Positions 1 through 6,704 of a stretch of DNA of 34,096 nt are shown piece by piece. Below the pieces are notes generated by a model. The model ran no database searches and had not been told where the DNA came from. It saw nothing but the letters and a program-made list of their open reading frames with translations. The stretch lies in IMG/VR virus record IMGVR_UViG_3300032104_000068; one strand, written 5' to 3'. The DNA comes from a virus. How positions within the stretch are numbered: the first letter of the stretch is position 1; the number at the start of each line of letters is the position of its first letter. The translations under genes and the position numbers were made by a program.

Positions 1-56
1 TGGGCTTGGGGCGTCCTTTGAATTTGGGCTTGGGGCGTCCTTTGAATTTGGGCTTT
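1..56. repeat. 24-bp tandem repeat (2 copies at this end), same array as 33957..34096
   Basis: The unit gggcttggggcgtcctttgaattt is repeated. Positions 1-52 are identical to 34045-34096. Confidence 0.95.
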
Positions 57-91
57 CCTTTCGGTGCCTGCTTTGCGGACGGCTTGGTCAT
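1..91 (-). CDS. terS: terminase small subunit, 5' end (gene wraps across the window junction and continues at 34096..33500)
   Basis: The ATG is at 91..89 with AAGG 9 nt upstream. It reads MTKPSAKQAPKG followed by KPKFKGRP repeats down to position 1. The frame joins the 33500..34096 ORF only when the terminal overlap (1-52 = 34045-34096) is collapsed. Confidence 0.8.
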   Translation of the reverse strand, partial: MTKPSAKQAPKGKPKFKGRPKPKFKGRPKP

Positions 92-99
92 GTTAGACC

Positions 100-474
100 T
101 TAAATGCGGTCGTGTGACTTCGGCAACTGGAACGCACCAACGGTGACGCCGACATCGGCGCTATAGGTAACAAGCACATCGCCATTGCCATCGTTCCATT
201 CGCCCGGCTCAAACGGGCCGAACATAAAAAGTTTGTCAATCGACACAGATTTTGCCACGGCGGGTTTGGTCATCTTGCCCTTACCGGCAACAGATTGTGT
301 GGCATTTTGCGGGGCGATGTTGACGGTCCTGGCGGCGGCATTAATATTCTTGACAATCAAAACCGTGTTGCCATCGTTTTTGAATTTATCGCCCGCCGCT
401 GTCGCGGCCACCAATCCGGCGCTATCCAGTTCAATGCCATCTTCCAGGCTTTTGTTAATGCTCAATTGGGTCAT
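100..474 (-). CDS. conserved small phage protein immediately upstream of terS, function unknown
   Basis: ORF 100..579 was trimmed to the ATG at 474, which is preceded by GAAAGAAGGA, giving 124 aa (MTQLSINKSLEDG...). The stop lies 8 nt before the terS ATG. Composition (FKNDGNTVLIVKN...VLVTYSADVGVTVGAF) resembles small beta-rich proteins often found beside terminase genes. Confidence 0.7.
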   Translation of the reverse strand: MTQLSINKSLEDGIELDSAGLVAATAAGDKFKNDGNTVLIVKNINAAARTVNIAPQNATQSVAGKGKMTKPAVAKSVSIDKLFMFGPFEPGEWNDGNGDVLVTYSADVGVTVGAFQLPKSHDRI

Positions 475-546
475 GGCCAATCCTTCTTTCGGTTCAGGTT
501 GACCCAACCTTATACCGGAAAGGCTGGAATTGCAAAAGGGGGAAAG

Positions 547-762
547 AAAAACTGTCGTTTCCCGACAAATCTTTTTCAAAAAGTTATGGCCGGTGCCAAC
601 ACATGGGCGGCGAAAGATGCCAAATCCTCCAAATTAAAACTGTCATTTTCTGACACTTTTTTTTCAGAAAGTTTCGGGCCTTGCCCAAGGTATGTGAATT
701 GAGGGACCTCTAACTTTTCAAATTAAAACTGTCGTTTTCTGACATTTATTTTTAGAAAAGTT
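547..762. promoter_or_regulatory. three ~45-bp direct repeats (547-585, 629-673, 718-762), each with a 5-5-5 dyad
   Basis: The dyads are TGTCG-TTTCC-CGACA (553-567), TGTCA-TTTTC-TGACA (641-655) and TGTCG-TTTTC-TGACA (730-744). Each is flanked by aaaac on one side and a T-run plus (a/g)aaagtt on the other. Dyad centres are 88 and 89 bp apart. Confidence 0.8.
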
Positions 763-1054
763 ACGCACTACCATTTAATAATTTCCTGACAATCTTTTGG
801 GGGAAGGGTACGCCCAGGCGTCTATAGATTTTGGCCTTCTTTTTAATCATGGTCATCACCTTGGGCGGGACCGACCCTTCTGAAATAAGATTGCGGTTAT
901 AGTTCTGGCGCGTCATCCTGACCACCGTCAGGGTTGACCAGTAAAGCAACCGCACCAGTTTCTTTCCGCGTGTTGGCAACAGAATAAAAGTTTTAAAACC
1001 AGTCCCGACACGGGGACATTCATCCTGAAGCTGAAGCCTTGCCATCATTGTCAT
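761..1054 (-). CDS. hypothetical protein (97 aa)
   Basis: ORF 761..1225 was trimmed to the ATG at 1054, preceded by GAAAGGAAATGGG. It reads MTMMARLQLQDECPRVGTGFKTF... with no family recognised. Confidence 0.6.
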   Translation of the reverse strand: MTMMARLQLQDECPRVGTGFKTFILLPTRGKKLVRLLYWSTLTVVRMTRQNYNRNLISEGSVPPKVMTMIKKKAKIYRRLGVPFPQKIVRKLLNGSA

Positions 1055-1079
1055 CCCATTTCCTTTCGCTGTGGTTAGC

Positions 1080-1118
1080 AGTATAAGGTAGTATGACATA
1101 TTTTGAAAGGTTTTGCAA
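1080..1118 (-). promoter_or_regulatory. candidate sigma70-type promoter for the 1054->100 genes
   Basis: On the minus strand there are two options. One is TTGCAA (1118-1113), a 17-nt spacer, then CATACT. The other is TTCAAA (1107-1102), a 16-nt spacer, then TATACT (1085-1080). The site lies in a 200-bp gap after the gene ending at 1256. Confidence 0.35.
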
Positions 1119-1255
1119 ATCGGGTTTTTAACCAAACCCTTATCCACCCTTGTTTTCAGGGGTTTTTGGTTCTGTAGCCCGCAAGATTGCGTGGCCAGAA
1201 AAAAAATAAAAAAAGTTTTAACCAAATTATAAAGCCTTAAACCAAATAGGTTTAA

Positions 1256-1417
1256 TCAATGATTGTGGGGGGGTTCAATTATGCCACCCTTTGTTATACG
1301 ATTTTCTTTTTTCCCTTCACCGCCGGGGCCACCGCGTTTGGTGGTTGTGTTTAGTTTTTTTTTGGTGCCCTTGCCTGTTTTGGGCCGGTCTTTTTTCCTG
1401 TATTTGGTGAACATCAT
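1256..1417 (-). CDS. very basic small protein (53 aa)
   Basis: The ATG at 1417 overlaps the upstream TAA (TAATG). The product is MMFTKYRKKDRPKTGKGTKKKLNTTTKRGGPGGEGKKENRITKGGIIEPPHNH, with 16 K/R against 4 D/E by my count. Confidence 0.5.
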   Translation of the reverse strand: MMFTKYRKKDRPKTGKGTKKKLNTTTKRGGPGGEGKKENRITKGGIIEPPHNH

Positions 1418-1656
1418 TATGCCCCTTCCGTTAGTTGTCTCAATGCCCATTCAAAACTTTTGCGCTCAGTAAAATAAAAATAGCTGGAATGACCAAAGCT
1501 GTAAACCACTTCAAAGGCATGCCATTTTTGCTTGCGAGCCGGGGACAGCATTTGAAGTTTGCGGACCTCACAAATATTCCTGGTGTTGACCAGCCGGGTT
1601 TTAAGTCTGGTGTTTAAATGCCCGGATATTCTGAAGTCCTCAATTTTTATTAACAT
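1417..1656 (-). CDS. hypothetical protein (79 aa)
   Basis: This is an ORF-track ORF whose start overlaps the end of the Ref-like gene by 17 nt, within the co-directional gene series. Confidence 0.55.
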   Translation of the reverse strand: MLIKIEDFRISGHLNTRLKTRLVNTRNICEVRKLQMLSPARKQKWHAFEVVYSFGHSSYFYFTERKSFEWALRQLTEGA

Positions 1657-1945
1657 GATAATTTCCTTTCAATATAGCCAGGGTTTCGTCCCATGCTTCC
1701 GCCGGCCAGGTCTCGGCATTGATGCCGTGGCGGTCAAAGAACCGTCTTTCATTGCCATCCTGATGCACACTATCGCGGGAGTTGCGATGGTGTTCATGAC
1801 AAAGCGGAAATGTTCTATCGTTACGGCGCGGCAAATACAAAAGAGAATGATGTATTTCAGCCGGACGGCCACAAATCAAGCAACCATCTTCGACAATCCT
1901 GGCATAGTGTTTGCGCTCCTGGGTATTAGGCCGTTTTGGCATCAT
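1640..1945 (-). CDS. Ref-like HNH nuclease (DUF968-type)
   Basis: The ATG at 1945 overlaps the upstream TGA (ATGA). Motifs CLICGRPAEIHH ... PLCHEHHR ... VH are arranged as I recall for the P1 Ref / DUF968 family. Confidence 0.6.
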   Translation of the reverse strand: MMPKRPNTQERKHYARIVEDGCLICGRPAEIHHSLLYLPRRNDRTFPLCHEHHRNSRDSVHQDGNERRFFDRHGINAETWPAEAWDETLAILKGNYHVNKN

Positions 1946-2184
1946 GGGGCTACCATAACGCTTGGTGGTCTGGGAATTTTCTGACCCAACGGACGCCACA
2001 AATGAAGACAATAGGGGTGGCAATTATTGTGGTCGCCGGGTGGAACGTGCAATTGCATTACCGTGTCATTAGGTCCCCAAAGTTTTCTTTTTACCCATTC
2101 CATTTCATCCCATGTTGGGCAACGGCTTTCAATGCTAACAAAAGCGTGTTCCCAACCCTCACCATTGCTGACCACAATAATCAT
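1942..2184 (-). CDS. conserved phage protein, function unknown (80 aa)
   Basis: The ATG at 2184 follows CAGGAAA. The product reads MIIVVSNGEGWEHAFVSIESRCPTWDEMEWVKRKLWG...QLHVPP...CLHLW, a pattern I recognise from many prophage proteins of unknown function. Confidence 0.7.
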   Translation of the reverse strand: MIIVVSNGEGWEHAFVSIESRCPTWDEMEWVKRKLWGPNDTVMQLHVPPGDHNNCHPYCLHLWRPLGQKIPRPPSVMVAP

Positions 2185-2281
2185 TTTCCTGACTGGAATA
2201 TTAAAGCATCCGTTCCCCCGGTCCAATTGGTCAGCCGGTGCTTACGCCGGTAACATTCAAAATCTAAAGGAATTTTTAACA

Positions 2282-2542
2282 TCAGACTTCCTTCAGGATT
2301 TCCTTTTCCACTATCAAGGCCACGGCTGGCTGTGAATTGTCCCCCTGGCAAACATGAAGCCACACCCTGCCGTATATCAAAAACTTCAGCCGGTCCCGCC
2401 ATGACCCCTTCCAACAGGACCAGACGGTCCCCCGTTGCGTGATAAAGACGGGCAGGTCCACACATGGCCCCTGTTCTTTTTCATCCCAACTCGGTGGTTT
2501 TTTTAACACACGGGTTTGATGTTTGAATGAAATCGGCAACAT
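2282..2542 (-). CDS. hypothetical protein (86 aa)
   Basis: The ATG at 2542 is preceded by GAAAGGAAA at 9-nt spacing, within the co-directional series. Confidence 0.6.
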   Translation of the reverse strand: MLPISFKHQTRVLKKPPSWDEKEQGPCVDLPVFITQRGTVWSCWKGSWRDRLKFLIYGRVWLHVCQGDNSQPAVALIVEKEILKEV

Positions 2543-2560
2543 CGCGGCATTTCCTTTCCT

Positions 2561-2902
2561 TCAATGTTTTTTATCACTCAGGCTGGTCGTGCCCATGCCT
2601 ACTGTTTCAATGCTTTCAACGCCAAGAAAATCCTTTATATCCAGTTGTTCAGCCATCGTTTCAGCCTGGACCATGACGGTCATCATCAGCAAATTAAGAT
2701 AAGCCGCTTGTCGCTGTTCTGGTTTGATATAAGCCAAATGCAAGCCGGTGAAAAAAGTGCCTGCATTTGCAATCATTTCCAGATAGGCCAGATGGTTTCC
2801 TGTCGCCAGTTCAAACATCTTGCGCCCAATATCATTGAAGCATGATTGTGCCCCGGTGATTTGCTCAGGGGTTAGCCTGACCGATGTTTCAAGTTCTGTC
2901 AT
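2561..2902 (-). CDS. hypothetical protein (113 aa)
   Basis: The ATG at 2902 overlaps the upstream stop (ATGA). The composition looks helical. Confidence 0.65.
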   Translation of the reverse strand: MTELETSVRLTPEQITGAQSCFNDIGRKMFELATGNHLAYLEMIANAGTFFTGLHLAYIKPEQRQAAYLNLLMMTVMVQAETMAEQLDIKDFLGVESIETVGMGTTSLSDKKH

Positions 2903-3384
2903 TTCCCATCACTCCGCCAGCCGCAATCCGGGCAAATGGCAATCGCTACCTGGCCACCCGTTCCCGGCATGGACGGGCATGTCAGGCGTCCTGCACCACA
3001 TTCCGGGCACAAGGCGTCCAGCCATTCCTTCAACGTAGCGTCAGCAAGGTCCTGGTCATTGAAATACCGCCATTCTTCTTTGAGCGGGTCATAAATCGCA
3101 AAAATATTAGCGTCATATTCTTCCACCACAGCAAGCTGAAGTACTTTATCCCGTTCCGCATTATCGGTCAAAAGAAACAAATCTTCCGTGGTGTATTCCC
3201 ATTCTTCCGGGTCGTAAAAATATAGCCCGTTGGGCGGGGTGATTTCACCCGGTTCAAGTTCAGCATCAAGAATTTCCCTGATGCCATCCGCCAATTGATT
3301 TGTCGGCGGATTGTCGATGTCATCGAAGGGAAAAGTTTCCAATAAATCCCTGATTGCTTTTTCTTTTTCCGCGAATGTTTTCAT
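2899..3384 (-). CDS. strongly acidic protein with C-terminal zinc-ribbon (161 aa)
   Basis: The ATG at 3384 follows GAAAGGAAAAACATC. I count 36 D/E against about 13 K/R. The C-terminus has CPECG...CPDCG. Confidence 0.7.
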   Translation of the reverse strand: MKTFAEKEKAIRDLLETFPFDDIDNPPTNQLADGIREILDAELEPGEITPPNGLYFYDPEEWEYTTEDLFLLTDNAERDKVLQLAVVEEYDANIFAIYDPLKEEWRYFNDQDLADATLKEWLDALCPECGAGRLTCPSMPGTGGQVAIAICPDCGWRSDGK

Positions 3385-3546
3385 GATGTTTTTCCTTTCA
3401 AATAAATGGCGGCGCGTCATCCTTAGACCAGATACAATGCGCCTTTCGGCTCCCCGCCCCGGTCATGTTTAACCCCGCATCAAAAGGGCAGGATGACTTG
3501 TGTGCGGACCGCCGCCGTGGCCCGGCAGGAGATTGGCGGGGCATAT

Positions 3547-3729
3547 TCATCGGCGTTCCAACTGTCCGGCAATCACTACCAGCAATGCCGCCCACAGGGC
3601 CAACCCGACCCTGAAACCCAATGGTCCGGTCAGGTCTTCCAGCCAGAACGGGAAATAATAAAATGCAACCAGGCTGAGGCCAGCGGCAACCAAGTAAAAA
3701 ACTGAGGACAAAAATGATTTCATTTTCAT
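3547..3729 (-). CDS. small membrane protein, two predicted TM helices (60 aa)
   Basis: MKMKSFLSSVFYLVAAGLSLVAFYYFPFW...VGLALWAALLVVIAGQLERR. The start overlaps the upstream stop. Confidence 0.6.
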   Translation of the reverse strand: MKMKSFLSSVFYLVAAGLSLVAFYYFPFWLEDLTGPLGFRVGLALWAALLVVIAGQLERR

Positions 3730-3935
3730 TCCCCCAAGAAAAAAGCATTTCCAGCCGGGGACCACCGCCAATTTTTATCTTTGAAATTCAACAACGTCCG
3801 TTCATTCCCTGCATAAAAAATGCAAAATCGGGTCTTGCGCCCGTGACCAACTAAGCCAGCTATAATTTCCCCGGTTGTTATATTCTCCATAACAATCCAG
3901 TCACCATCTTCCGACATTTTTTCTGATAGTTTCAT
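3726..3935 (-). CDS. hypothetical protein (69 aa)
   Basis: The ATG at 3935 follows AAGGA and lies 2 nt after the upstream stop. Confidence 0.55.
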   Translation of the reverse strand: MKLSEKMSEDGDWIVMENITTGEIIAGLVGHGRKTRFCIFYAGNERTLLNFKDKNWRWSPAGNAFFLGE

Positions 3936-3936
3936 G

Positions 3937-4266
3937 TCAAATATCCTTGTTGATTTGCTGTTGCTCATTGAAGGTCATGGCCCCTTTGGCAATCATCCAG
4001 CCCTGGATTGTGGCCAGCATCCGATGTGCTTCCGGGCCAAAGATGACCCCGTCCTTCAAGCCCTTCATCATGACCATCAGGGTTAAATATGTTGGGGTGA
4101 GGCTACTATATTTTTTTGCTTTTCTGCCCGCAATAAATTTTATCTGGGTGCTTATAATCGCCAACGCCCAGGCTTCATCAATCAGCGGATTGTCGGTATT
4201 CATCATATCCCTGCCGGGATGCCGTGATTTAAGAAAACCTGTAAAGTCTATGAAAGGTTTTTTCAT
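3937..4266 (-). CDS. hypothetical protein (109 aa)
   Basis: The ATG at 4266 overlaps the upstream stop (ATGA). Confidence 0.6.
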   Translation of the reverse strand: MKKPFIDFTGFLKSRHPGRDMMNTDNPLIDEAWALAIISTQIKFIAGRKAKKYSSLTPTYLTLMVMMKGLKDGVIFGPEAHRMLATIQGWMIAKGAMTFNEQQQINKDI

Positions 4267-4814
4267 GTCAATCTAATCCATTTTAAAAGCTGAGCATCAG
4301 CCGGGACACGATTATTACCACGGGCCAGCGGATGCCGTGGGGAAAGGTCATTGTTTGTCCCCAGACACCAAAGGTCATGACCGGCCAGGTTCAATTTGCG
4401 GGCCACTTCCAAGCCGCGCGGGTCATGAAATTCAGCGCCCCAGGCAATTACCACCTTGGCCACATTCCCGGCTTCCTCAAGAATAAAGCCGTCATTCAAT
4501 TCAATCAACCTGGCCCGTGACCGTTCCGAAAGATTGCTGATGTGGTCCTTCATGATGCGCGGGTCCGGGTTGATGAACGGCCAAAGGTTCATTGCTACGT
4601 GCGCGGCAAAGCCATGATGGTTCCAGATGCGTTTGCATTTTTCGGTAGTCATGTCGGTTTCCTTGACGGACCCGGCCAGGCTTGGGTTCATCATGATACA
4701 CAGCACAGCCGGACCTTCGCCCCAACGATGTTCCAGGCGGAAGCGATAGCGGCCACGGGCTGAAAATATATTTAGGCGGCGCTGGATTAAATCAGATGTT
4801 TTGACCAGTTTCAT
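4263..4814 (-). CDS. DUF1643-like protein (183 aa)
   Basis: RYRFRLEHRWGEGPAVLCIMMNPSLA ... VIAWGA ... LGTNNDLSPRHPL matches my recollection of the DUF1643 pattern. The ATGA overlap links it to the upstream gene. Confidence 0.6.
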   Translation of the reverse strand: MKLVKTSDLIQRRLNIFSARGRYRFRLEHRWGEGPAVLCIMMNPSLAGSVKETDMTTEKCKRIWNHHGFAAHVAMNLWPFINPDPRIMKDHISNLSERSRARLIELNDGFILEEAGNVAKVVIAWGAEFHDPRGLEVARKLNLAGHDLWCLGTNNDLSPRHPLARGNNRVPADAQLLKWIRLT

Positions 4815-5152
4815 TTTTCCTTACCATCACCAGTTGCCTTGATGACCGTGGGCAAAGCGACCGCTCCCTTCAATCCCTTTATCGCCAGGAAATATGCGCT
4901 GGCCGCTTCCTGAAGTTTCTTGTGCAGGGCATCAGCAATAAACATTCTTTTCATCGGGTTGATTTTAATTTGCCCGGCCTCATAGCGCCTGACCGTCCTG
5001 GCCGCTTGCATGCCTTTCAATTCAAGCACCCTGGCGAATTTGTCAGCGGAAAGTCCAAGCGCCTTGCGGCAAGCCTTGATATCATCCCCGCTCAAGTCCG
5101 GTAAAGATGAAAGGTGACCGATGATTTTTTGCAGGTCTTTTTTTTCAGACAC
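4811..5152 (-). CDS. XRE-family helix-turn-helix regulator (113 aa)
   Basis: It starts with GTG at 5152. LSGDDIKACRKALGLSADKFARVLELKGMQAARTVRRYEAGQ is a typical HTH_3-like segment. Confidence 0.65.
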   Translation of the reverse strand: MSEKKDLQKIIGHLSSLPDLSGDDIKACRKALGLSADKFARVLELKGMQAARTVRRYEAGQIKINPMKRMFIADALHKKLQEAASAYFLAIKGLKGAVALPTVIKATGDGKEK

Positions 5153-5206
5153 TTGAATATCCCATGTTTTCTTTTGACCCTAAACTGCGGGCGCTCGCGT
5201 TGTCAA

Positions 5207-5235
5207 TATATATTTTCAGTTTTTGTCATGGTCAA
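5207..5235 (-). promoter_or_regulatory. near-consensus sigma70-type promoter upstream of the XRE gene
   Basis: On the minus strand: TTGACC (5235-5230), a 17-nt spacer, then TATATA (5212-5207). It lies about 55 nt upstream of the GTG at 5152. Confidence 0.5.
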
Positions 5236-5341
5236 ATTCACATGGCACGATATTGGTTTTTTTGATAGAGTTCTCCTGCCGGGCTTTCGGGTGGGGACCT
5301 GGGGAATAGATTTCCCTCGCCGCATTTCCGAGCGCGGACCC

Positions 5342-5372
5342 GGGGGACTGTGCTAGCGGCTCACAGTCCCCC
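5342..5372 (-). terminator. 11-bp perfect hairpin at the 3' end of gene 5361..5615 (no U-tract)
   Basis: Arms gggggactgtg (5342-5352) and cacagtccccc (5362-5372) flank a 9-nt loop. The hairpin overlaps the stop codon and is followed by GC-rich sequence rather than Ts. Confidence 0.35.
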
Positions 5373-5615
5373 CTGCTTTCCACCCATTCCATCATCGGGA
5401 AGTTTCTTTTCCGGGCGTTTGACATAGTGACCATATTTTTCCAGCCCCGCTTTCATTTCCTGGGCCATATCTTTCCCCAAATTCTCAAAAGCCTCAGCTA
5501 GTTTTTCTGGCGGCGTGTCCGCTGGAAATTGCTTGTCGCACCTGAAGCAAAGTTTCTGGGCCTTGGCTTCCAGTTTCACTGTCATGGTGATAAAATCATC
5601 ATCGCGTTCTGTCAT
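5361..5615 (-). CDS. hypothetical protein (84 aa)
   Basis: The ATG at 5615 lies 1 nt after the upstream TAA. It reads MTERDDDFITMTVKLEAKAQKLCFRCDKQF... Confidence 0.6.
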   Translation of the reverse strand: MTERDDDFITMTVKLEAKAQKLCFRCDKQFPADTPPEKLAEAFENLGKDMAQEMKAGLEKYGHYVKRPEKKLPDDGMGGKQGGL

Positions 5616-5616
5616 T

Positions 5617-5862
5617 TTAAAGTTCCCTTGGTCCAAGATAAAATTGATGTTCCGAAATCCGCCACTTGTCATTCTTCAATTCCAGCGTCAGGCGTCTTCC
5701 TGTTTCGGTCGGGATGCCGAAAGCATTTTCCAGCAAACGCACAAAAAGCCGTGGTACGGGTTTCAAGGAAATCTGGCCAATCACCAGAACCTTGGTTGGT
5801 GCGCCATAAATGTCGGCTTCAAAACTGTACCCGTTGACATAAATACTTGCCAATTTTCCCAT
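5617..5862 (-). CDS. hypothetical protein (81 aa; the frame also stays open upstream to ATG 6135)
   Basis: The ATG at 5862 is preceded by GGAAAGGAAAGACG. It reads MGKLASIYVNGYSFEADIYG... Confidence 0.65.
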   Translation of the reverse strand: MGKLASIYVNGYSFEADIYGAPTKVLVIGQISLKPVPRLFVRLLENAFGIPTETGRRLTLELKNDKWRISEHQFYLGPREL

Positions 5863-6144
5863 CGTCTTTCCTTTCCGGTTTTCCCCATGTTCATCTATAT
5901 TACTATTTATATTTAAAAGATTGTTGTTGTTGGTCCTGTGGACAACTGGCACAACACCCGGTGTAGCGCAAGCCGTTGCAACGCTTTCTCTTGTGTATAA
6001 CCCTGTGGATTGTTTAGCGGTGAACGGGGATGCTTTATCGAAAGGAACCATCCCGTCAGTTAATCCACGACCGGCGCACAGGTTTTTCACAAACCGAAAA
6101 AAATTTAAATCCGTCATTTCAAAGATGCTGTTCATGGTCTTTCC
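5863..6144 (-). repeat. copy B of a ~270-bp module with degenerate DnaA-box-like motifs plus an AT-rich tract (paralog of 29909..30183)
   Basis: The 13-nt tcatggtctttcc is identical at 6132-6144 and 30171-30183. A 43-nt block (5905-5947) matches 29945-29987 at 37/43, and a 37-nt block matches at 27/37. Minus-strand boxes are TTGTCCACA (5937-5945) and CAATCCACA (6004-6012). Plus-strand boxes are TTAATCCAC (6060-6068) and TTTTTCACA (6083-6091). Confidence 0.8.
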
Positions 6145-6320
6145 GCCAATCTTGCGTTCAATATCATCCAGGCCAGCGCCGCTTCTTTTATTGGACCGGC
6201 ATCTTCCCCAATCAGGGTGTGAATTGACACCCCGTCTTTTTTGGCTTGGGCCAATTTTTGTTGTGCTTCTTTGGCGCAAACATGCACCAGCCCCTGCAAC
6301 CCCACAACCATGTCACACAC
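6132..6320 (-). CDS. hypothetical protein (59-62 aa)
   Basis: The start is either GTG 6320 or ATG 6311, just after the HTH gene stop. Its stop overlaps ATG 6135 (ATGA). Confidence 0.5.
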   Translation of the reverse strand: MCDMVVGLQGLVHVCAKEAQQKLAQAKKDGVSIHTLIGEDAGPIKEAALAWMILNARLAERP

Positions 6321-6501
6321 TCAGGATGTCATCGGCGGTGACTTTACCCCCGGTGGCGTCCACAAGCCGCCTGAGCGCGTTGCGGGACAGCGGGCCACCG
6401 TTCACGGCACGGCTGACTTGCTGGTCACTGAAATCGTGCTTCCGGGCAAATGCGGCCTGGTTCCCGTTAAAATTCTTTTCAATAAATTCTTTCATTTTCA
6501 T
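6313..6501 (-). CDS. Cro/YdaS-like HTH DNA-binding protein (62 aa)
   Basis: GNQAAFARKHDFSDQQVSRAVNGG...ATGGKVTADDIL matches the Cro/YdaS-type pattern. The RBS is AAAGGAAAA. Confidence 0.65.
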   Translation of the reverse strand: MKMKEFIEKNFNGNQAAFARKHDFSDQQVSRAVNGGPLSRNALRRLVDATGGKVTADDILSV

Positions 6502-6512
6502 GCGCTTTTCCT

Positions 6513-6704
6513 TTAATAGTCTTCCAGGTTTTTAAATTCATATGACCTTAGTTTTCGGGTTTTATTTTTTTCATTTTCAATTCCCCAATCCGGGTCAAAT
6601 CTTTTTCTGATATTCTTGGCGGCATTGCCGAAACTCTTAAGCTGTGCCAGACGCTTAAGTTGTCTAATGGTTGGCTGGCCCGCTTTGGTTTTACCTGTTG
6701 ACAT
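6513..6704 (-). CDS. basic small protein, first gene of the leftward arm (63 aa)
   Basis: The ATG is at 6704 (MSTGKTKAGQPTIRQLKRLAQLK...). I preferred it over the overlapping ORF 6548..6751 on composition and on coupling to the next gene. Confidence 0.5.
   Translation of the reverse strand: MSTGKTKAGQPTIRQLKRLAQLKSFGNAAKNIRKRFDPDWGIENEKNKTRKLRSYEFKNLEDY

Noticed and set aside
3398-3748. A 116-aa minus-strand ORF covering the 3385-3546 gap.
   Set aside because: It overlaps the better-supported two-TM gene (3547-3729) in another frame. Its product is Arg/Gly/Pro-rich as expected from GC-rich non-coding sequence, and it has no RBS. The 160-bp gap is left unassigned.
5921-6535. A 204-aa plus-strand ORF spanning the early-left region.
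   Set aside because: It is antisense to three or four short minus-strand genes that have good RBSs and stop-start coupling. The product is Pro/Ser/Leu-rich with no recognisable motif.
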